In this document: positions 1 to 11,200 of the stretch, in pieces
How the letters are laid out: each line of letters starts with the position of its first letter
Position numbering within the stretch: the stretch's first letter is position 1
Source: Eledone cirrhosa
Lineage: Eukaryota
Assembly (NCBI GenBank): GCA_964016885.1
Contig: OZ024740.1
Location: 127,658,001 to 127,722,000, forward strand
Direction of reading: 5' to 3'
DNA: 64,000 nt
Translations under genes and position numbers: made by a program
Notes under the pieces: generated by a model
Database searches by the model: none
What the model was told of the DNA's origin: nothing
What the model saw: only the letters and a program-made list of their open reading frames with translations

Positions 1-129
1 ACCTCTTCACCAAACTACACACACACCAGTACACCACACTCCTTCCATAGAACCACACACACCCTTCTCCCCCCGCTCCACCCACACCCCCGCTCCACAC
101 TCACTCATCACACTAACACCCCTACTAAT

Positions 130-160
<31 letters not shown>

Positions 161-1128
161 CCTCACTCCAACTCTCACACCTACCCATCCTCGCCCCCTA
201 CCATTCCACCGACTGCTGCTATGCCCTTCTGACCACCTCCCAGCACCAACAGACCACAGCACTCCCACTGCTGACCACTTCCTGTTGCGCGCGCACCCCA
301 CATCTCTCCTCTTCCGACCACCGCTTCATGGATTACCCACACGCAGAAATTGACTTATAACCAAATCTCCAAACATCCTTGGAACTTACCAACTTTTCAA
401 CCATCCTCTTACGTCATCACCTATATAACTCACCCACACACACACCCCAAAAATTTTTTTTCTCCACACGCCACCCACACCCACAACACGCTTAAACCCC
501 ACACACACGTGCTTCCCACCAAATATTTACACCCTCAGCCTCCTGATTCCTCTCCCCCCACCCCCTATCCACACACGCACAGACACTCCGACTCACAAAA
601 ACACCCCCCACACACACCTCTTCCTGAACATGCAACCCCGTTCTTCCCCCAACCCTCACTTTCACATACACACACACGCACACACACGCACACCTACACA
701 CACACACACACCACCTTCAGCCCTCCCCGCTCGGACACCCCGTCTCCCTCTCCCCACTCCACCCGCCACCACCCCTACTCACCCCACACCCTTCCACCAC
801 CTGTTTACCCCCCTTTTAATTTCAGTTTATTTTGATCATGCCTTTATTTTTAAATTTTCTCATTCCTTGTATTTTGATCATGCTTTATTTTTATTTTTAC
901 TTTTTATCTTTATTTGTTAATTTTTCATTCGCACCGTTTCCTTTCGCTATATGTCTCTCCACCACTCCCCTACACACCTTTTGAACTCTATTCCCACACA
1001 CTTCTCACCTGAGGAAGGGCTTATGCCCGAAACGTCGTCCCCCACCTACCCTCCACTCTCCTGAGCATGAATTTAATAAACATTTGTTGTACTGCCTCTC
1101 TGTTCTGTCCCTGTTCAAATTTTTCATT
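1..1128 (+). mobile_element. 3' region/pLTR of a Penelope-like element (C/A-rich UTR, minimal hammerhead, ends in (TA)n)
   Basis: C/A-skewed low-complexity sequence, then CTGAGGA-AGGGC.TTAT.GCCC-GAAA-CG-TC at 1009-1036, AATAAA at 1075, and termination at (TA)n. No ORF visible in the window. Confidence 0.55.
1006..1039 (+). ncRNA. Minimal type I hammerhead ribozyme (PLE-type)
   Basis: CTGAGGA core, GGGC/GCCC stem II, GAAA, CG minimal stem III, TC cleavage site. Stem I is only about 2 bp. Confidence 0.7.
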
Positions 1129-1144
1129 ATATATATATATGTAT

Positions 1145-1400
1145 ATATATATGTAGATAAATCTACCAAAAGTTTACGGTAGTGTCCAATCCGTATGAAG
1201 AACTCAATGTAATCCGGATATCATGGAAAGAAGAGATGCATTCAAAAATCACTTTCGGTGAAAGATAAACGGAATACAGAGTCAAGATAAAATATTAAAA
1301 AAATAATGAATAAAACAATGAAACAGTTCCTTATATTAAACAAAAAAAAGTTCATTATTTAACGATCGTTTCTAGGACATATATGTGTTAGAATTGGCAT
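1145..1400 (-). mobile_element. PLE pLTR/tail fragment related to the 33256-40470 element
   Basis: Shares TATGAAGAACTCAATGTAATCC and ACGATCGTTTCTAG with 38320-38500 and (inverted) 40270-40450. Flanked by (TA)n. Confidence 0.5.
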
Positions 1401-1429
1401 GCATATATATATATATATATATATATGTG

Positions 1430-1528
<99 letters not shown>

Positions 1529-1593
1529 GTATATATATATGTATATATCTATAAATGTATATATATATGTATATATGTATAAATATACATATG

Positions 1594-1626
<33 letters not shown>

Positions 1627-1679
1627 GTATATATATACATATATATATATGTATATATATATGTACATATATATATGTA

Positions 1680-1710
<31 letters not shown>

Positions 1711-1784
1711 GTATATATATATATATGTATATATATAGATGTATGTATATATATATATATATACACATATGTGTATATATATAT

Positions 1785-1828
<44 letters not shown>

Positions 1829-1829
1829 G
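1401..1829. repeat. (TA)n/(TATG) microsatellite (similar tracts at 2940-3370, 30966-31320, 31490-31895, 32480-33255, 41200-41365, 41560-41690, 45804-46110 etc.)
   Basis: Direct reading. These tracts are the source of all the YIYI ORFs. Confidence 0.97.
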
Positions 1830-2939
1830 CAATTAAGTTAAAGATGTACATCCATATATGTATACTGAAATACTAGTATGTATATGAATACACACACGTA
1901 TACATATGTAGATGTACCAAGTTTTTTTCACTGGTCACTTTACTGTGAGTGGCCAGCTATTTTGTATGTAAACACACAGACAAACCGGTTTTTAGAGTCA
2001 TACTGGTTTTTGAGGAAACACCTTTCCTCTATTCTCCAGAAAGCCAGACAAGGAATATTGAACTAGTTTCGTTGTTGTTACAACTCATCAGCAATATTTA
2101 CCTATCTTCCGGCCTCTCTTGAGAATCGTAAAAGCACATATCGTTATATGCTTTTTCTATGAAAATTAGTAGTGGGCAGACCAACTTGCATAGAGTGTGA
2201 GTAAGTACCGGTTCAACGGAGACGATAAAAACAAATAACGAAACGAAATTAAATTTCGTTTCGTTTGTAACTCACTTTTGTATGACTGACACTTAAACAA
2301 TTAAGTTAAAGATGTACATCCATATATGTATACTGAAATACTAGTATGTATATGAATACACACACGTATACATATGTAGATGTACCAAGTTTTTTTCACT
2401 GGTCACTTTACTGTGAGTGGCCAGCTATTCTGTATGTAAACACACAGACAAACCGGTTTTTAGAGTCATACTGGTTTTTGAGGAAACACCTTTCCTCTAT
2501 TCTCCAGACAAGGAATATTGAACTAGTTTCGTTGTTGTTACAACTCATCAGCAATATTTACCTATCTTCTCTAGAGAGGCCGGAAGATAGGTAAATATTG
2601 CTGATGAGTTGTAACAACAACGAAACTAGTTCAATATTCCTTGTCTGGCTTTCTGGAGAATAGAGGAAAGGTGTTTCCTCAAAAACCAGTATGACTCTAA
2701 AAACCGGTTTGTCTGTGTGTTTACATACAGAATAGCTGGCCACTCACAGTAAAGTGACCAGTGAAAAAAAAAAACTTGGTACATCTACATATGTATACGT
2801 GTGTGTATTCATATACATACTAGTATTTCAGTATACATATATGGATGTACATCTTTAACTTAATTGTTTAAGTGTCAGTCATACAAAAGTGAGTTACAAA
2901 CGAAACGAAATTTAATTTCGTTTCGTTATTTGTTTTTAT
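1830..2939. mobile_element. Hammerhead retrozyme-like element, subfamily A (468-bp unit; ~1.6 units on minus strand + inverted ~0.8 unit on plus)
   Basis: CAATTAAGTT recurs at 1830 and 2298. Inversion junction at ~2568. Clearly homologous to the 469-bp array unit. Hammerheads at 2054-2098(-), 2514-2558(-) and 2594-2638(+). (TA)n on both sides. Confidence 0.85.
2594..2638 (+). ncRNA. Type I hammerhead ribozyme (subfamily A)
   Basis: AATATTG-CTGATGA-GTTGT.AACA.ACAAC-GAAA-CTAG-TT^CAATATT: 7-bp stem I, 5-bp stem II, palindromic CTAG stem III. Confidence 0.88.
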
Positions 2940-2948
2940 ATATATATG

Positions 2949-2999
<51 letters not shown>

Positions 3000-3038
3000 G
3001 TATATATATATGTATATATGTATATATATATGTATATA

Positions 3039-3116
<78 letters not shown>

Positions 3117-3142
3117 ATTATATATATGTATATATATATATG

Positions 3143-3213
<71 letters not shown>

Positions 3214-3476
3214 GTATATATATATACATATATATATGTATATTTGTACATATATATATGTATATATATATATGTACATTATATATGTATATATATATAT
3301 ATGTATATACATATATATACATTTATATGTGTATACATATATATACATATATATATATATCCATATATGTAGGAGGTGAGTTTTATTGTAGTACAATAAA
3401 GCAATGCAGATATCGGATAAGAAGCACTCTACAGTTTGTAGGACTGGAGTATGCATAATATAAGATCAAAAGATGG

Positions 3477-3848
3477 TTAATTTATGAATGTAAAATTATA
3501 ACTAGCACCAATTCCTTCACCTATTTTGGCTCCACTTCCACCTCTTTTAAAGCTCGTCTCTATAATCATCATTCATCTTTCAAATACAAACTTAAAAGAA
3601 CCAACACTGCTCTCTCAGAACTCATATGGTCCTTAAAAGACAAAAACATTAAATATACCATCTTTTGGAAGAAGGTTTCTTCTGCATCCTCATACTTGAA
3701 CAGCTCTCTATCTAAAATCTGTAATCTCTGCCGAAATGAAAAATTTACCATTATCTCTAACCTAGATTCTATAATAAATAGACGTACAGATTTGTTTTCT
3801 ATCTGCCTGCATAAATTCCATAGGACTTTTCACAAAGTATACAGTTAA
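3477..3848 (+). pseudogene. GIY-YIG endonuclease fragment of PLE
   Basis: Manual translation shows IY...YxGxT..FKxRxxNH..SF and C-terminal CxLC/CxH motifs. No start codon. Confidence 0.8.
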
Positions 3849-4865
3849 TATTCAATTCTTTATCAATTTAGAATCTTTTCTCAAAGGCACATATACATAC
3901 ACCTCTTTAAAATAACCCATCTTCCTACCTTACTTTAAAGGGCATTATACACTCTATAATACTTGTTTACTCATTACCCTCATTCTATCTTCACCTTGTA
4001 AAATCCTTCATAACATATACATTTGTTTTTTTGACGATAGAATATTCATCCGCAATCATTATTATTTTTTCTCTCTATCATAAATCTTTTTAATCTCAAT
4101 TTCATCCTTAATTTATTATTTTTTTCTCCCCATCAACGAACTCATTCTTAATACATATTAACTCTTTATTCGCATATATTATCAATTCCTTCAATATACA
4201 AACTTTAACTTCACATTATTTTTTCTCAAATCCTTCTACACACAAACCTTAATAATTTTTCTCTTCGTTAATTTTGAAATTGCCACAATACTTATCAACA
4301 TACACTTTTTTTTAAGTTAGAATATTCATCCACAATTATTATTTTTTCTCTCTATCTTCATACATAAATTCCCTTCGTTAATTTTCAAATTCCTTTAATT
4401 TATACATTATCTTCCAACGGTTCTCAACCTCTCTATGTAAAACAATATATCTTTTTCTCAGTTATAAAAACTATCTCTTTCTCTCTATCACCCATCACTC
4501 CCTCTCCACCTTCACTCTCATCTCCTCCCCCTTTTTTCATCCCCCCCCCTAAATAAAATATTTTTTCCTCGCACATATCCTCCCTTCGTTAATTTTCAAT
4601 TTTTTTTAATTTATACATTATCTTCCAACGGTTTTCAACCTCTCTATGTAAAACAATATATCTCCTCTCAGTTATAAAAACTATCTCTTTCTCTCAATCA
4701 CCCATCTCTCCCTCTCATCTCCTCCCCCTTTTCATCCTTTCCACCCCCCCTCTCTAAATAAAATATTTTTCCCAATATCACACATCAATCTAAAACCACT
4801 TTTCATATGTTGATTTAAAACTGCACTATCCACAAGTGTTTTTTAGCCTTCATATCATGTTCTCC

Positions 4866-4937
4866 TGTTTTATCTGATGAAAACACAAATATTATTGCAT
4901 GATGATGTTTGTTTTTGAAATGCGCATAATAAAATAC
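4866..4937 (+). ncRNA. Type I hammerhead with long stem II (also at 31382-31450 and 32378-32448)
   Basis: TGTTTTAT-CTGATGA-[~36-nt hairpin]-GAAA-TGCGCA-TA^ATAAAATA. Palindromic stem III, 8-bp stem I. Confidence 0.85.
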
Positions 4938-4994
4938 ATGGAACTCCTTTAACCATCTTTTGATCTTATATTATATATACATATATATATGTAC

Positions 4995-5028
<34 letters not shown>

Positions 5029-5074
5029 TTATGTACATATATATATATATATATATATATACGTATATATATAT

Positions 5075-5809
<735 letters not shown>

Positions 5810-5874
5810 TAATGTACATATGTATGTACATATATATATGTACACACATATCTCTCTCTATATATATATTATGT

Positions 5875-6345
5875 ACAAGTTAATATAAATTAATATATGA
5901 TAAACACCAATATAGTCATATTAGCGTTTGTATTGTAAATGACCAAGTTAGCTACACTAAAAAATACTAATTAAATTAATACATGCTAATTTTCTGGATA
6001 CCTGCCGACGACCACAGAAATTGGAATCTTTCACTTTTTTAAATTATCGTTGCGAAACTTATTTGGGTTTTGAAATTTAAATTTGTCCGGGTATCACGGT
6101 TATTACCAATATGGGTTTGTTTTTATGGATTTTTGATTTTAAATCGAGACAGGCAAACTGTATTAATTTAATTAGTATTTTTCAATCTAGATAACTTGGT
6201 CATTTACAATACAAACGCTAATATGTCTATATTGGTGTTTATCATATATTAATTTATATTAACTTGAATTTCACGGCTCAGAAATGCTTTTTTCTTTGAG
6301 CGAATTATTTGTAAAGGACTGTTTGAGTATATAACTCTAAATATA
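5875..6345. repeat. Fold-back element with ~108-bp inverted arms and a one-sided extension, in (TA)n
   Basis: 5875-5983 is the near reverse complement of 6159-6266. Unique ~75 bp follows the right arm. Confidence 0.7.
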
Positions 6346-6350
6346 ATATA

Positions 6351-6409
<59 letters not shown>

Positions 6410-6722
6410 TATATATATAAAGACAAAACAATAAAAACAAATAACGAAACGAAATTAAATTTCGTTTCGCTTCTAACTCACTTTTGTATGACTGACGCTT
6501 AAACAATTAAGTTAAAGTGTACATCTACATATGTATACGGAAGTATTAGTATGCATATAAATACACACATGTATACATATGTACCTGTACTCAGCTTTTC
6601 ACTAGACACTTTACAGTGCGTGTCAGCTAGTCTGTATGTAACCACACAGGCGGACCGGGTTTTAGAGTCATACGAGTTTTCAAGGAAACACATTTCCTCT
6701 ATTCTCCAGAGGGCCAGACAGG

Positions 6723-6767
6723 AATATTGGACTAGTTTCGATGTTATTACATCTCATCAGCAATATT
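6723..6767 (-). ncRNA. Type I hammerhead ribozyme, inverted arm (also 7192-7236, 7661-7705)
   Basis: Reverse complement of the motif at 8190-8234. Confidence 0.9.
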
Positions 6768-8189
6768 TACCCATCTTCCGGCTTCTCTGGAGAATTGTAA
6801 AAGCACATATCGTTATATGCTTTTTCTATGAAAATTAGTAGTGGGTAGACTAATTTGCATAGAACGTGAGTCATTGTACGCACCGGTTCAGCAGAAACGA
6901 TAAAAACAAATAACGAAACGAAATTAAATTTCGTTTCGCTTCTAACTCACTTTTGTATGACTGACGCTTAAATAATTAAGTTAAAGTGTACATCTACATA
7001 TGTATACGGAAGTATTAGTATGCATATAAATACACACATGTATACATATGTACATGTACTCAGCTTTTCACTAGACACTTTACAGTGAGTGTCAGCTAGT
7101 CTGTATGTAACCACACAGGCGGACCGGGTTTTAGAGTCATACGAGTTTTCAAGGAAACACATTTCCTCTATTCTCCAGAGGGCCAGACAGGAATATTGGA
7201 CTAGTTTCGATGTTATTACATCTCATCAGCAATATTTACCCATCTTCCGGCTTCTCTGGAGAACTGTAAAAGCACATATCGTTATATGCTTTTTCTATGA
7301 AAATTAGTAGTGGGTAGACTAATTTGCATAGAACGTGAGTCATTGTACGCACCGGTTCAGCGGAAACGATAAAAACAAATAACGAAACGAAATTAAATTT
7401 CGTTTCGCTTCTAACTCACTTTTGTATGACTGACGCTTAAACAATTAAGTTAAAGTGTATATCTACATATGTATACGGAAGTATTAGTATGCATATAAAT
7501 ACACACATGTATACATATGTACATGTACTCAGCTTTTCACTAGACACTTTACAGTGAGTGTCAGCTAGTCTGTATGTAACCACACAGGCGGACCGGGTTT
7601 TAGAGTCATACGAGTTTTCAAGGAAACACATTTCCTCTATTCTCCAGAGGGCCAGACAGGAATATTGGACTAGTTTCGATGTTATTACATCTCATCAGCA
7701 ATATTTACCCATCTTCCGGCTTCTCTGGAGATGAGATGTAATAACATCGAAACTAGTCCAATATTCCTGTCTGGCCCTCTGGAGAATAGAGGAAATGTGT
7801 TTCCTTGAAAACTCGTATGACTCTAAAACCCGGTCCGCCTGTGTGGTTACATACAGACTAGCTGACACTCACTGTAAAGTGTCTAGTGAAAAGCTGAGTA
7901 CATGTACATATGTATACATGTGTGTATTTATATGCATACTAATACTTCCGTATACATATGTAGATGTACACTTTAACTTAATTGTTTAAGCGTCAGTCAT
8001 ACAAAAGTGAGTTAGAAGCGAAACGAAATTTAATTTCGTTTCGTTATTTGTTTTTATCGTTTCCGCTGAACCGGTGCGTACAATGACTCACGTTCTATGC
8101 AAATTAGTCTACCCACTACTAATTTTCATAGAAAAAGCATATAACGATATGTGCTTTTACAATTCTCCAGAGAAGCCGGAAGATGGGTA

Positions 8190-8234
8190 AATATTGCTGA
8201 TGAGATGTAATAACATCGAAACTAGTCCAATATT
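8190..8234 (+). ncRNA. Type I hammerhead ribozyme of the array unit (first complete plus-strand copy; 49 copies, one per unit, to ~30746)
   Basis: Stem I AATATTG/CAATATT; CTGATGA 8197-8203; stem II GATGT-AATA-ACATC; GAAA 8218-8221; CTAG; GTC cleavage predicted after 8227. Confidence 0.92.
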
Positions 8235-11200
8235 CCTGTCTGGCCCTCTGGAGAATAGAGGAAATGTGTTTCCTTGAAAACTCGTATGACTCTAAAACCC
8301 GGTCCGCCTGTGTGGTTACATACAGACTAGCTGACACTCACTGTAAAGTGTCTAGTGAAAAGCTGAGTACATGTACATATGTATACATGTGTGTATTTAT
8401 ATGCATACTAATACTTCCGTATACATATGTAGATGTACACTTTAACTTAATTGTTTAAGCGTCAGTCATACAAAAGTGAGTTAGAAGCGAAACGAAATTT
8501 AATTTCGTTTCGTTATTTGTTTTTATCGTTTCCGCTGAACCGGTGCGTACAATGACTCACGTTCTATGCAAATTAGTCTACCCACTACTAATTTTCATAG
8601 AAAAAGCATATAACGATATGTGCTTTTACAATTCTCCAGAGAAGCCGGAAGATGGGTAAATATTGCTGATGAGATGTAATAACATCGAAACTAGTCCAAT
8701 ATTCCTGTCTGGCCCTCTGGAGAATAGAGGAAATGTGTTTCCTTGAAAACTCGTATGACTCTAAAACCCGGTCCGCCTGTGTGGTTACATACAGACTAGC
8801 TGACACTCACTGTAAAGTGTCTAGTGAAAAGCTGAGTACATGTACATATGTATACATGTGTGTATTTATATGCATACTAATACTTCCGTATACATATGTA
8901 GATGTACACTTTAACTTAATTGTTTAAGCGTCAGTCATACAAAAGTGAGTTAGAAGCGAAACGAAATTTAATTTCGTTTCGTTATTTGTTTTTATCGTTT
9001 CCGCTGAACCGGTGCGTACAATGACTCACGTTCTATGCAAATTAGTCTACCCACTACTAATTTTCATAGAAAAAGCATATAACGATATGTGCTTTTACAA
9101 TTCTCCAGAGAAGCCGGAAGATGGGTAAATATTGCTGATGAGATGTAATAACATCGAAACTAGTCCAATATTCCTGTCTGGCCCTCTGGTGAATAGAGGA
9201 AATGTGTTTCCTTGAAAACTCGTATGACTCTAAAACCCGGTCCGCCTGTGTGGTTACATACAGACTAGCTGACACTCACTGTAAAGTGTCTAGTGAAAAG
9301 CTGAGTACATGTACATATGTATACATGTGTGTATTTATATGCATACTAATACTTCCGTATACATATGTAGATGTACACTTTAACTTAATTGTTTAAGCGT
9401 CAGTCATACAAAAGTGAGTTAGAAGCGAAACGAAATTTAATTTCGTTTCGTTATTTGTTTTTATCGTTTCCGCTGAACCGGTGCGTACAATGACTCACGT
9501 TCTATGCAAATTAGTCTACCCACTACTAATTTTCATAGAAAAAGCATATAACGATATGTGCTTTTACAATTCTCCAGAGAAGCCGGAAGATGGGTAAATA
9601 TTGCTGATGAGATGTAATAACATCGAAACTAGTCCAATATTCCTGTCTGGCCCTCTGGAGAATAGAGGAAATGTGTTTCCTTGAAAACTCGTATGACTCT
9701 AAAACCCGGTCCGCCTGTGTGGTTACATAGAGACTAGCTGACACTCACTGTAAAGTGTCTAGTGAAAAGCTGAGTACATGTACATATGTATACATGTGTG
9801 TATTTATATGCATACTAATACTTCCGTATACATATGTAGATGTACACTTTAACTTAATTGTTTAAGCGTCAGTCATAGAAAAGTGAGTTAGAAGCGAAAC
9901 GAAATTTAATTTCGTTTCGTTATTTGTTTTTATCGTTTCCGCTGAACCGGTGCGTACAATGACTCACGTTCTATGCAAATTAGTCTACCCACTACTAATT
10001 TTCATAGAAAAAGCATATAACGATATGTGCTTTTACAATTCTCCAGAGAAGCCGGAAGATGGGTAAATATTGCTGATGAGATGTAATAACATCGAAACTA
10101 GTCCAATATTCCTGTCTGGCCCTCTGGAGAATAGAGGAAATGTGTTTCCTTGAAAACTCGTATGACTCTAAAACCCGGTCCGCCTGTGTGGTTACATACA
10201 GACTAGCTGACACTCACTGTAAAGTGTCTAGTGAAAAGCTGAGTACATGTACATATGTATACATGTGTGTATTTATATGCATACTAATACTTGCGTATAC
10301 ATATGTAGATGTACACTTTAACTTAATTGTTTAAGCGTCAGTCATACAAAAGTGAGTTAGAAGCGAAACGAAATTTAATTTCGTTTCGTTATTTGTTTTT
10401 ATCGTTTCCGCTGAACCGGTGCGTACAATGACTCACGTTCTATGCAAATTAGTCTACCCACTACTAATTTTCATAGAAAAAGCATATAACGATATGTGCT
10501 TTTACAATTCTCCAGAGAAGCCGGAAGATGGGTAAATATTGCTGATGAGATGTAATAACATCGAAACTAGTCCAATATTCCTGTCTGGCCCTCTGGTGAA
10601 TAGAGGAAATGTGTTTCCTTGAAAACTCGTATGACTCTAAAACCCGGTCCGCCTGTGTGGTTACATACAGACTAGCTGACACTCACTGTAAAGTGTCTAG
10701 TGAAAAGCTGAGTACATGTACATATGTATACATGTGTGTATTTATATGCATACTAATACTTCCGTATACATATGTAGATGTACACTTTAACTTAATTGTT
10801 TAAGCGTCAGTCATACAAAAGTGAGTTAGAAGCGAAACGAAATTTAATTTCGTTTCGTTATTTGTTTTTATCGTTTCCGCTGAACCGGTGCGTACAATGA
10901 CTCACGTTCTATGCAAATTAGTCTACCCACTACTAATTTTCATAGAAAAAGCATATAACGATATGTGCTTTTACAATTCTCCAGAGAAGCCGGAAGATGG
11001 GTAAATATTGCTGATGAGATGTAATAACATCGAAACTAGTCCAATATTCCTGTCTGGCCCTCTGGAGAATAGAGGAAATGTGTTTCCTTGAAAACTCGTA
11101 TGACTCTAAAACCCGGTCCGCCTGTGTGGTTACATACAGACTAGCTGACACTCACTGTAAAGTGTCTAGTGAAAAGCTGAGTACATGTACATATGTATAC

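Larger units (their letters stand above)
3363..4975 (+). mobile_element. 5'-truncated PLE: GIY-YIG C-terminus, long 3' UTR with internal duplications, pLTR with hammerhead, short inverted end
   Basis: 3477-3848 translates LIYECKIITSTNSFTYFGSTSTSFKARLYNHHSSF...ICNLC...ICLHK*. 3455-3480 is the reverse complement of the 3' end 4950-4975. Confidence 0.85.

Noticed and set aside
350-920. His/Pro/Thr-rich ORFs
   Set aside because: Artefact of C/A-rich low-complexity UTR sequence.
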